A stretch of 64,000 bases of DNA, taken from positions 4,123 through 68,122 of the forward strand of contig JAHEYB010000006.1 in NCBI GenBank assembly GCA_023251805.1, read 5' to 3'. Below are positions 28,980 to 37,882 of the stretch, piece by piece (within the stretch, counting starts at the first letter, position 1; every line of letters begins with the position of its first letter). The position numbers were made by a program, and so were the translations under genes. The notes under the pieces are model-generated. The model was not told the origin of the DNA. It saw only the letters and a program-made list of their open reading frames with translations, and ran no database searches. This DNA is from Bacteroidota bacterium (GTDB taxonomy: Bacteria; Bacteroidota; Bacteroidia; 2-12-FULL-35-15).

Positions 28980-31391
28980 ATGCTTAAAAAAACAACACTT
29001 CTTATTCTTATTGCCTTCTTATCTATCAATAGTTTCGGACAGAAAAAGGGTTCAAAACCTGCCTCCTCTTCACCCGACTTTAACACAAAAGAAGCAGAAG
29101 TGGAACTAATAAAAGCGTTGAACAAAGTGCGACTTGAAAACAAGCTCGATACCATTGAGTTTCATCCCGTTTTAGCCCAAGCTGCTGCTATTCAAAGTGC
29201 CGATATGGCTAAAAATGGAAAAGCCGTGCTTGAAAATAGCAAAGGCAAGTATAAAACTACTGCTAAAAGAGTAACTGCTGTTGGTGGAACCAACAAAGCA
29301 CAAGAATTGGTATTGGGAACTAGCATTGCAAAAGGAAAAACTTCCATGACCCCTAAAGAGCTTGCTGATGCGGCTTTTTACAAATGGCGCGTAGGGAAAC
29401 TAAATCAAGCGGTCATTAAAAATCCTGATTTTGTGTATGCGAGTCCTTCTGTTACCCTTGACGAATCTGGAAAAAAGGCTTATATCTCCATTGTATTTGG
29501 AAGTTTCAACTCTTTCAACACTGGGGCTGATAAGAAAAAAGAATTACCTGTTCCCTACTCTTCCAAAACTAAAAAGTTAAAAGAGCCGGAGGATAGAAGT
29601 TGCAATGCCTGCAAGAAATTTAAAGATTGGGATGGCTTAGCAGCGGGTTTGTATGTGGAAAACAATAAAATCTATATCAGATATGCCAACCTAAAAGCAC
29701 TTTCAAAATTCATTCGCAAATCAGGCGATGGATTGGCTGTGGATATTGTTCAGCGCGCGCAATACGACAATCCGGATTATAACATTGTGGATAATAACCT
29801 CATTTCAAAAGGAGTGTTATTAAAAACTGTTACCATGAGCAAACTCTATAGCAAAAACAGAGTGAAAGCGGTAAAAAAGGGTAACAGAGTGGTTAAAGCC
29901 ACCAAGCTGGATGTACAATTAGGTGAACTACCAAAAAAGATAACCGGTCCGTATGAGTTGAATTTACTCATTGTTCAAGATGGAAAATTGTGTAAAGTAA
30001 TTATGCCTTCTAAAATTGAAGCAGGCGACCAAGAATCCAATTCCCCTTTGAGTATGTTATTGATGCCCGATAGCGCTGCTTATTTTAAACCACCTTTTGA
30101 ACCAACAACAGAATCTACGTTGCTAACATTTACTGTTCCCTTTGAAAAAAACAAATCGGATTACAAAGAAGTTGATATGGAACCATTTTTAACTGCTTTG
30201 CAAGAACCCGATTTTTTAATTGAAGGATTATATATTACTGCCTACTCTTCTATTGAAGGAGATGCAAAAGCAAATGAGAAATTACAAAAGAAACGTGCTG
30301 AAAGTATTGTAAAAGCATTAGCTAAAATGCAAAAGGCAGGTGTTGTTACAAATGTAAAAACCACTGACTCTTGGAATTTATTTCAAATGGAAGCAGAAGA
30401 TGGCAAGTATGATTATTTAACTAAAATGACCAAAGAAAAAGCGATAGCAGAAATTAATGGAAAAGGATTATCAGCAGAGCTAGAGCCTATGTTGGGCAAA
30501 GAGCGTTTTGGACAAATTATTATGGATGTTACCTATGACATTACCGGAATTAAGGAAGAGAAATTTTCGGTGAGTAAATTTAATCAAGCAATGAAAAAGA
30601 ATGATTTGAAACAGTGTTTGAAAATTCAATATTACATTGGAAAACAAATGCGTCTTCAAAAATATTCTGCTGAAGCACCGGCAAAAATGAATATTCCTTT
30701 CGATGTAAAAAATTCGGGATTGCTTAACAATCAAGTGGTATTGCATTACATGTATAACAACAATGTTGCAACGGAAGAAGATTATGTTGAAATGAAAAAA
30801 TTGGCAACACTTGACCCTACAAATAATTACATCATATTTAATAACATATTTTGTGCTGTTTCACTCGATAGTACTATTGGTGATGCAAAAGCACAAAACG
30901 AAATGCAGAAGCGCATTGATGCGATGTACAAAACAGATGTTCCTAAAAAATATGTGGACGCTTTAAACATTGAATGGCAATTTAGAATTATTGAATCCAT
31001 GGATTCGGCTGAGAATAGTGAGTTGGTGACACAAGCATGTATCGAAAAAATAAAACAATTCTACAACATCAAAGAATCTTCTTGGCAAAACAATCTAAAA
31101 CTAGCGTATGTATTTGCTCGCTTTAAGGATTATAAATTTGCGGCAAGTTTGTTAGCACCATTTATTGCTACAGAAAGCGTGAACGAAAATGTATTGTTCG
31201 CTTATGCATCCATTTGTGCAAAAATGCCTGAACTATATAAATCCAGAACATTTGTATTAGCATTGCAAAAAGCAGAAGAAAAGAATCACGACCGCTACTG
31301 CAAATTATTTGGAGCTCCGAATATAACTTTTCAGGTATTTGATAATCCTTTCGTTAAAGCCGATTACAAAAAAGCAGCATGCAGCAAATAG
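28980..31391 (+). CDS. Secreted protein with N-terminal CAP/SCP-like domain, central OmpA-C-like segment and helical C-terminus
   Basis: Signal peptide. LNKVRLENKL..LAQAAAIQSADMA is CAP-like, and ITAYSSIEG..NEKLQKKRAESIVKAL is OmpA-C-like. Confidence 0.6.
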   Translation: MLKKTTLLILIAFLSINSFGQKKGSKPASSSPDFNTKEAEVELIKALNKVRLENKLDTIEFHPVLAQAAAIQSADMAKNGKAVLENSKGKYKTTAKRVTAVGGTNKAQELVLGTSIAKGKTSMTPKELADAAFYKWRVGKLNQAVIKNPDFVYASPSVTLDESGKKAYISIVFGSFNSFNTGADKKKELPVPYSSKTKKLKEPEDRSCNACKKFKDWDGLAAGLYVENNKIYIRYANLKALSKFIRKSGDGLAVDIVQRAQYDNPDYNIVDNNLISKGVLLKTVTMSKLYSKNRVKAVKKGNRVVKATKLDVQLGELPKKITGPYELNLLIVQDGKLCKVIMPSKIEAGDQESNSPLSMLLMPDSAAYFKPPFEPTTESTLLTFTVPFEKNKSDYKEVDMEPFLTALQEPDFLIEGLYITAYSSIEGDAKANEKLQKKRAESIVKALAKMQKAGVVTNVKTTDSWNLFQMEAEDGKYDYLTKMTKEKAIAEINGKGLSAELEPMLGKERFGQIIMDVTYDITGIKEEKFSVSKFNQAMKKNDLKQCLKIQYYIGKQMRLQKYSAEAPAKMNIPFDVKNSGLLNNQVVLHYMYNNNVATEEDYVEMKKLATLDPTNNYIIFNNIFCAVSLDSTIGDAKAQNEMQKRIDAMYKTDVPKKYVDALNIEWQFRIIESMDSAENSELVTQACIEKIKQFYNIKESSWQNNLKLAYVFARFKDYKFAASLLAPFIATESVNENVLFAYASICAKMPELYKSRTFVLALQKAEEKNHDRYCKLFGAPNITFQVFDNPFVKADYKKAACSK

Positions 31392-31609
31392 TGAATCAAC
31401 CCGATTCGCAATTGTTATTGCTGTTGGTAACAATGAGAATGCCTTTTGGCAAATACAAGAATACTATTTTGTGCGACTTACCCGTTTTCTATTTGGAATG
31501 GTTTCAGCGCAAAGGTTTCCCTGATGGAAAATTGGGTATACTTTTACAAACCATGTATGAAATAAAACTAAACGGTTTGGAAGGCTTGTTGAAACCTTTG
31601 AAAAAGTAA
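31391..31609 (+). CDS. DUF3820 family small protein
   Basis: MPFGKYK..LCDLPVFYLEWFQRKGFP.GKLG..EIKLNGL. GTG start overlaps the upstream stop. Confidence 0.8.
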   Translation: MNQPDSQLLLLLVTMRMPFGKYKNTILCDLPVFYLEWFQRKGFPDGKLGILLQTMYEIKLNGLEGLLKPLKK

Positions 31610-31684
31610 CTCTTTGCGCAAAGCAGATTGCTTCGTTTAGGAAACGAAAATTATTGTTTATCAAAAAATCGTTAATTTTGAAGA

Positions 31685-32596
31685 ATGAATAAATTTATCA
31701 AACTATTATTTCTGATTCTTATTTTGAATTCAACAAAGTTGTTTGCTCAAGAAACAACAGAGGCTGGATCAACTGAAAACAATGGAAAACAACGACCATT
31801 TAAACTTGGTTTATACATCGGTTCCTACTTTGCAAATAAATATACTGCAGGAGTATATGATGGATATGGTTTTGATATTGATGGCTTAAGAATTACCGAT
31901 TTTGATAAAAGCTGGATGCACGAAAAAATTATCAATCAATATGGAGGAGGATATGGACAACCCGACCAAATTGCATTGGCACTTGGAGTTAATAGTTCGG
32001 CTGATTGGTTTTTTACAAAAGAAGATATGCCTATTAATATGCATTACACTCCTTCCTTTTTATTGGGATTGCAATGCCGTTATTCTGTAGATGATAAAAA
32101 TGCCATTTCATTAAATTTGAATGTTGCGAAACTAAAAATTGCCGGAAATTTTACAATGAGCACTCGTCCACCAACCGGATCCACACAAATCAACAATAGC
32201 ATTCAAACATTTGGAATACAAGGTGGTGAACAGCGGTTAATGATACAAGTTGGCTATAACAGAATTATAGGAGACAATGAAAAAGCAAACTTTTTTGTGG
32301 AAGGCGGACTAAACATGACCTATTCACAATTCGATAAAAATGAAATCTTAATTAATAATCTACGAATTGATTTGTTGGAATTTTATGATTATCAAGGAGT
32401 GCAGTCGGGCTACACTAAACTTCCAAAAGGTATGGGTTTTGGAGCTTATGCAGGAGGCGGATTAAATATCACTATGAGTGAAAAATTTACTGTTCAGTTG
32501 TTGTACAGTCCGTCCTACGAAGGAATTAAAATTGGAAACAATCCCCAATTAAAATGGCAACATTCAATTGGATTGAGAGCTTACTACAATTTCTAA
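31685..32596 (+). CDS. Hypothetical outer-membrane beta-barrel protein
   Basis: Signal peptide, amphipathic strands and C-terminal IGLRAYYNF. Confidence 0.7.
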   Translation: MNKFIKLLFLILILNSTKLFAQETTEAGSTENNGKQRPFKLGLYIGSYFANKYTAGVYDGYGFDIDGLRITDFDKSWMHEKIINQYGGGYGQPDQIALALGVNSSADWFFTKEDMPINMHYTPSFLLGLQCRYSVDDKNAISLNLNVAKLKIAGNFTMSTRPPTGSTQINNSIQTFGIQGGEQRLMIQVGYNRIIGDNEKANFFVEGGLNMTYSQFDKNEILINNLRIDLLEFYDYQGVQSGYTKLPKGMGFGAYAGGGLNITMSEKFTVQLLYSPSYEGIKIGNNPQLKWQHSIGLRAYYNF

Positions 32597-33345
32597 AGTT
32601 TTGCCAAATATTTTTTTGATTTCACTTTAAAGAATTCATCTTCAATCATAAAATCTTTTCTGGAAGGAAGTTTCACAGCAAGTTCAAAATAAATTTTAGC
32701 TATTTTTTTTTCATTATTTTCATACAATGCTTCTGCATAATAAAAATTAGCGCCCACATCTGTTGGGAAATATACAAGCGCATGTTTCATCACTTTTACT
32801 GCATATTCTTTATCCGGCCATGTTAAAATCAATGGAATGTATGGCGTTTTATAATTTAATCCAGCATCAAACTTCCAACCTCCCCCATTATTATACATCG
32901 AATCGGTTGCAATCAACATTTTGGTATGATACAATAATTTCGTCATCACACCATCATCCAAACTTTTCATGACTCCATTTATTTCAGCAGAGAGCGCAAT
33001 TGCGGATGTAAGTTCAAAACGAATTTTGCCATCTTTCGGAAATTTTTTTACCAAATCGTTTCCTAATGCAATTGTTTTGGAATAGGCCGCAATTTTGTCC
33101 TTATCGCTTATAGCCACAAATCGTCCTTTAAAGTTATAGCATTGCAAACAATATCCACCGGCAACTTGCACATTTTTATTTTGTTTTAACAAACCATCAA
33201 AAATTGCTATGGCCTTGTCGATGTTGATAGCATTTGCCTGCAAGCCAACTGCATTTTCGGAGCGAGCATTAAAATAATTAATCCCTGTTTGCAAATCATC
33301 AGGAGAAAAAAAAGCAACCAGTACAATTAATAATTGATGCGCCAT
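32593..33345 (-). CDS. Hypothetical TPR-like helical protein
   Basis: 250-aa ORF with TPR-like helices (ANFYYAEALYE..AKIYFELAV). Confidence 0.6.
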   Translation of the reverse strand: MAHQLLIVLVAFFSPDDLQTGINYFNARSENAVGLQANAINIDKAIAIFDGLLKQNKNVQVAGGYCLQCYNFKGRFVAISDKDKIAAYSKTIALGNDLVKKFPKDGKIRFELTSAIALSAEINGVMKSLDDGVMTKLLYHTKMLIATDSMYNNGGGWKFDAGLNYKTPYIPLILTWPDKEYAVKVMKHALVYFPTDVGANFYYAEALYENNEKKIAKIYFELAVKLPSRKDFMIEDEFFKVKSKKYLAKL

Positions 33346-33514
33346 AAAACAGATTTTAATCGTAAGCTAAAATAAGAAAAATGGAGGATTAACAGACGAT
33401 TATAAGTGTTTGACCAAATGAATTTGAATTTCACCGAAATTCTTAAACAAATGAGAATAAACTGAGTAGACAATAGTGTGTAATAGCTAACATTCATCAT
33501 TAAAACCAATCAAA

Positions 33515-34426
33515 ATGAACCAGCACCTAAACGTTTTCTTGGCAACAGACTATTCCGAAGCTGTTATGAATGCAGAACGATATGCCTTTGGATTTGCAAA
33601 AGAAACACAGTCCTCTCTAACTGTTCTGCATGTGTATGAATTGCCTTTTAGTTTGCCCTTAGAACTAGAAGAACGTGTAAAAGCATTGGAAAGATTGAAA
33701 AAGTATGAAACGCAAAAATTAAAAACACATTGCGATATGATTTTACGTTCCTTAAATATCAAAATACAAGATATTAAATTGGAATACATTGCATTGAAAG
33801 GTTCTATTGGGAAGGAAATTCGAAAAGAAGCAGAACACAGTCACCCTGATTTGATTATTACAGGAACTCACGGAACTTCCAATAGCTTATCGCTTTTTCA
33901 AAAAAGTCATACTTGGGACATTATAAAAAAATCAAATGTTCCCATCTTAGCGATTCCACAAAATGCATTGTTTAAAAATATTAAAAAGATTGTTTTTGCA
34001 ACAGAATATCGTGAAGGAGAAATCCCCGGCATACAATCTATTGTAAAGATGGCTGCTCGCTTTGGTGCGAAATTGGTTGTAGTTCACATTAGCAATCATA
34101 TGTTAGAAAAGGAGTTTGAATTAATGGTATATCAGCGTTTCAATTCAGATGTACGCGACAAAGTTTCGTATGAAAATCTAAGCTTTCGCATCGTATACGC
34201 AGATGATATCGTTAAAGGATTAAACGACTATTGCTTTTCTTCAAGCGCTGATTGGATAGCAATGTCGCATGCACAACCGTTTTTTTTCGAAACTATGTTA
34301 ATCCCGGAAAAAAGTATCACTAAGGAAATGAGCTTAAAAACTCACATACCACTGCTTTGCATTCCCGATTTTTATGAAACAAATTTAGATAAACCAGATC
34401 AAGAGATGTCATACGTTAAAAAGTAG
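33515..34426 (+). CDS. Universal stress protein (tandem USP domains)
   Basis: LATDYSE..A, DLIITGTHG, PILAIP, KIVFATEY and IPLLCIP. Confidence 0.88.
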   Translation: MNQHLNVFLATDYSEAVMNAERYAFGFAKETQSSLTVLHVYELPFSLPLELEERVKALERLKKYETQKLKTHCDMILRSLNIKIQDIKLEYIALKGSIGKEIRKEAEHSHPDLIITGTHGTSNSLSLFQKSHTWDIIKKSNVPILAIPQNALFKNIKKIVFATEYREGEIPGIQSIVKMAARFGAKLVVVHISNHMLEKEFELMVYQRFNSDVRDKVSYENLSFRIVYADDIVKGLNDYCFSSSADWIAMSHAQPFFFETMLIPEKSITKEMSLKTHIPLLCIPDFYETNLDKPDQEMSYVKK

Positions 34427-34430
34427 TACA

Positions 34431-35369
34431 CTACATCATACGTGTACGCTTTACCAAATAAGGCATTAGCACTTGTTCAAATCCAAGATTAATATCGGCT
34501 TCAACAAAGTCAATTTTAAACTGACCACATTTTAGAATCAACTCTTTTTTGTATTCGGCCATTTGATGCAGGTAGGAATCTTTTATTTCATTCGGATGCA
34601 ATTTAATTTCTTCACCTGTTTCCATATCAACAAAGCGATACGGACGGTTATCAAAATCAAATTCCATTTCTTTTTGTTTGTCCACCACATGAAATAAAAT
34701 CACTTCATGCTTATTATGTTTGAGATGTTGTAGAGCCGAAAACAATTCTTCGGAGTTCGCTTTTGAATCCATCATATCACTAAAGATCATAACCAGCGAC
34801 CGTTTATGAATTCCTTCTGCTATTTCATGCAAGGCATCTATTGCGGAAGTCTTTTTGTGAACTTTAACATCATGTGGTTGAATGCGTTTTTCAAGTTCGT
34901 GATACAACAATTTATGATGAAGGGAGCTTGATTTAGCAGTAGTATGAACTTCTACATTTTCTGAAAAAATACTTAGTCCAACTGCATCACGTTGACGCTT
35001 GAGTAATTCAATCATTGCGCCTGCACAATAAACAGAAAAGGAAATCTTGTTTACCCCACCCCTGCCTTCGGAGTTTGAATCAGGAATGGGAAAATACATG
35101 GAAGAAGAATCGTCAATGATTAACTGACAACGTAAATTGGTTTCTTCTTCGTAACGTTTTATAAATAGTTTGTCGGTACGACCATATAATTTCCAATCGA
35201 TGTGTTTGGTTGATTCACCCTTGTTGTACAAACGATGCTCCGCAAACTCAACACTAAATCCATGGAACGGACTTTTATGTAAACCTGTAATAAATCCTTC
35301 CACCACTTGCTTTGCAATTAGCTCCAAGTGGGTGAATTGACGGATGGATTGTTGATTGATTGTAGTCAA
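34431..35369 (-). CDS. DUF58 family protein (vWA-like, MoxR-associated)
   Basis: VVEGFITGLHKSPFHGFSVEFAEHRLY, IDWKLY and YEEETNLR. TTG start. Confidence 0.9.
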   Translation of the reverse strand: MTTINQQSIRQFTHLELIAKQVVEGFITGLHKSPFHGFSVEFAEHRLYNKGESTKHIDWKLYGRTDKLFIKRYEEETNLRCQLIIDDSSSMYFPIPDSNSEGRGGVNKISFSVYCAGAMIELLKRQRDAVGLSIFSENVEVHTTAKSSSLHHKLLYHELEKRIQPHDVKVHKKTSAIDALHEIAEGIHKRSLVMIFSDMMDSKANSEELFSALQHLKHNKHEVILFHVVDKQKEMEFDFDNRPYRFVDMETGEEIKLHPNEIKDSYLHQMAEYKKELILKCGQFKIDFVEADINLGFEQVLMPYLVKRTRMM

Positions 35370-35370
35370 A

Positions 35371-35500
35371 GGTTGGAAAGTTGGAAAGTTAGAAGGTTAG
35401 AAAGTTAGAAAATTGTAGGTGAAATAAAAATGAAAAGTTTTAAAATTTACTGATGTAACACACAGAAAACTTTAAAACCTTTCAACTTTCTAACTTTACA
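35371..35500. repeat. Octamer tandem repeats (GAAAGTTR) with an inverted set
   Basis: ggttggaaagttggaaagttagaaggttagaaagttagaaa ... ctttcaactttctaactttaca. Confidence 0.7.
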
Positions 35501-35501
35501 A

Positions 35502-35819
35502 CTATAATAAAGCTTTCAACTTAGCATCCAACACTGCTTTTGGAACAGCGCCTACTTGTTTGTCAACTACTTGTCCGCCTTTAAAGAAAAGGATTGTAGG
35601 AATATTACGAATTCCAAACATTGCAGAAATATTTGCGTTATTGTCAACATTTACTTTGCCAACAACTGCTTTTTCGCCATACTCGTTTGATAATTCTTCA
35701 ACCAAAGGTCCAACCATACGACATGGTCCGCACCATTCAGCCCAAAAATCTAATAATACCGGTTTTGTTGATTTTGCTACTAACTCATCAAAGTTAGCAT
35801 CTGTAATTTCTAATGCCAT
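35502..35819 (-). CDS. trxA: Thioredoxin
   Basis: DFWAEWCGPC active site and cis-Pro motif IRNIPT. Confidence 0.97.
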   Translation of the reverse strand: MALEITDANFDELVAKSTKPVLLDFWAEWCGPCRMVGPLVEELSNEYGEKAVVGKVNVDNNANISAMFGIRNIPTILFFKGGQVVDKQVGAVPKAVLDAKLKALL

Positions 35820-35891
35820 CGTTTTATTTTTTTATAATGAATGAAAATTTGTTTCTCAATTGAACCCTAAAGATAAAATTGTATTTCAACA

Positions 35892-35936
35892 TTGGCAAAC
35901 GATTTGCCAAATTGTTTTCAATGACAGGCTGTCATT
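35892..35936. promoter_or_regulatory. Putative sigma-54 (-24/-12) promoter readable on both strands plus TGACA-N3-TGTCA palindrome
   Basis: TTGGCAAACGATTTGCCAA (35892-35910) gives TGGCA-N6-TTGC on both strands. AATGACAG-G-CTGTCATT lies at 35920-35936. Confidence 0.5.
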
Positions 35937-36030
35937 TTGTTAATATATCTAAAAAAGCTACCTTTAGGGAATAAATGAAGCCACCTTTCGTTCAAATGAA
36001 CGTCTGGTTTGAAACAACGGATTTTAGCAT

Positions 36031-37758
36031 ATGATTATTACTCCTTATTTTAAAACATCCCTCTCTTCTATTTGTTTATTTTTTTGCCTGTTGGTTTGTC
36101 AGTTTGCTCATTCACAAGCAAGGATAGAAGGTGTTGTAAAACATGGTGGTAAACCATTATCAGGTGCCGAAGTGGTGATTACCAATAGCGCGGGAGATGA
36201 AAAAGTGCTGACTACCAATTCAGCCGGTGCATACAACTATAACTTTCCTCCCAATGATGAGTTTAATATTTCTATCTCCAAAGTAGGATTTACCCAGTTT
36301 CAGATAATTTATTCTACGATGGGACTCACAGGAGCAGCAGCAAAAAAGTTCAGCAGTCTTTCTAAGCCCGAAAGTGAATTATTTGAACTTCCATCCGACC
36401 AAGCAACAATATTGAAGTTGAATGCAGTATTAGATAAGCCTTTGCTTAGCTTTTATTATAATTCTGAAAAAAATGTGGTTGATTCAGATGAAAATTTGAA
36501 TAATTCATTGGCTCAAGACTTGGCAAAAGTTGCCAAATTGTCGGGTGCGCAATCCTCTTTGATTGAAACCACCTACAAAAATGCGATTGCTAAAGCGGAT
36601 GCAGCAATGTTAACGCGTAATTATGAGGTTGCAAAAGCATCTTATACCGAAGCAAGTTCTTCCAAGCCAAGTGAACAATATCCTAAAAGTAAATTAGCAG
36701 AAATTGAAAAATTAAATGCTGATGCCGATGCAAAAGCAAAAGCGGATGCCACAGAAAAAGAACGTTTAGCGAAAGAGAAAGAATTGGCTGCCGCTAGTGC
36801 AAAAGAAAAAGCAGAGAAAGATAAAGCCGCTGCTGAACTTGCCGCAAAAGAAAAAGCGGAGAAAGACAAAGCTGCCGCAGAGCTTGCTGCTAAAGACAAA
36901 GCCGACAAAGATAAAGCTGCTGCAGAACTTGCGGTACAACAAAAATTAGAAAAAGAAAAAGCATTGGCAGATGCAAAAACCAAAGCAGATGCAGAACAAG
37001 CTGAGAAAGACCGATTAGCAAAAGAAAAATCGGATGCTGCAAAAGCCGCTGCCAATGTTGCTGAGGCAGAACGTTTAGCGAAAGAAAAGGAAAAAGCAGA
37101 TGTATTAGCAAAAGCAAAAGCGGAACAAGATAAAGTCGCTGCTGAGCAAACTGCTAAACTTGCAGCCGAACAAGCTGAGAAAGATAGATTAGCAAAAGAA
37201 AAAGCAGATGCTGCGAAAGCTGCTGCCGATGCTGCTGAAGCAGAACGCTTAGCAAAAGAAAAGGAAAAAACGGATGCCATTGCAAAAGCAAAAGCTGATG
37301 CCGAAAAAGCTGCAAAAGATTTAGCAGAAAAAGACAAATTAGCAAAAGAAGCAGAAGCTAAAGTCCTACAAGCAAAATATGACAATGCTTTAGCAAAAGG
37401 TGATTCTTGTGTGAAAGTAAAAAATTACGACTTAGCAAAAAGTTCTTACTTAAATGCATCTTCTTTAAAACCAAAAGAAGAAACACCTGCTGCTAAAATA
37501 AAAGAAGTAGATGCATTGATGGAATTAGAAAAACGTTCGCAATACACCAACGAATTGGCAAAAAAATATCCTCAAGGTGTTACCGAAGAAGTTTCGAAAG
37601 AAGGAAACAATAAAATCACCAAACGTATTGTTGTGAAAGGAAATACAGGCGATATGTACGTGAAGAAAGAAACCAGTTTCGGAGCGGTGTATTATTTTAA
37701 AAATGAAGCCACTATTACGGAGGCGGAGTTTAATAAGAATACGGAGATTAAGAAGTAG
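36031..37758 (+). CDS. Secreted protein: carboxypeptidase-regulatory-like domain, TPR-like units and a long Ala/Glu/Lys coiled coil; paralog of the gene at 2-3616
   Basis: Same N-terminal architecture (ELFELP..NAVLDKPL.SFYY versus SLFEMP..NAILSQPL.KFYY) and the same repeat unit (YKNAIAKADAA..YEVAKASYTEAS..KPSEQYPKSKLAEI). Confidence 0.8.
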   Translation: MIITPYFKTSLSSICLFFCLLVCQFAHSQARIEGVVKHGGKPLSGAEVVITNSAGDEKVLTTNSAGAYNYNFPPNDEFNISISKVGFTQFQIIYSTMGLTGAAAKKFSSLSKPESELFELPSDQATILKLNAVLDKPLLSFYYNSEKNVVDSDENLNNSLAQDLAKVAKLSGAQSSLIETTYKNAIAKADAAMLTRNYEVAKASYTEASSSKPSEQYPKSKLAEIEKLNADADAKAKADATEKERLAKEKELAAASAKEKAEKDKAAAELAAKEKAEKDKAAAELAAKDKADKDKAAAELAVQQKLEKEKALADAKTKADAEQAEKDRLAKEKSDAAKAAANVAEAERLAKEKEKADVLAKAKAEQDKVAAEQTAKLAAEQAEKDRLAKEKADAAKAAADAAEAERLAKEKEKTDAIAKAKADAEKAAKDLAEKDKLAKEAEAKVLQAKYDNALAKGDSCVKVKNYDLAKSSYLNASSLKPKEETPAAKIKEVDALMELEKRSQYTNELAKKYPQGVTEEVSKEGNNKITKRIVVKGNTGDMYVKKETSFGAVYYFKNEATITEAEFNKNTEIKK

Positions 37759-37768
37759 CCATTTTTTT

Positions 37769-37861
37769 ACCGCAGAGGGCGCAGAGATTTTCGCAGAGGG
37801 CGCAGAAATTTATTACAACACTCAGCGGCTCTCTTCTTTTCTCCTTTTTCTCTGCGGTTAA
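37769..37861. repeat. CGCAGAG/CTCTGCG inverted tandem repeat element
   Basis: accgcagagggcgcagagattttcgcagagggcgcaga ... ctctgcggttaa. Related units occur at 27272-27303 and 47819-47850. Confidence 0.7.
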
Positions 37862-37882
37862 TTTTTGATTCCGTAAGTGCCA

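Noticed and set aside
36642-37385. 247-aa minus-strand Ser/Ala/Phe-rich ORF
   Set aside because: Antisense shadow of the AEK coiled-coil region of 36031-37758.
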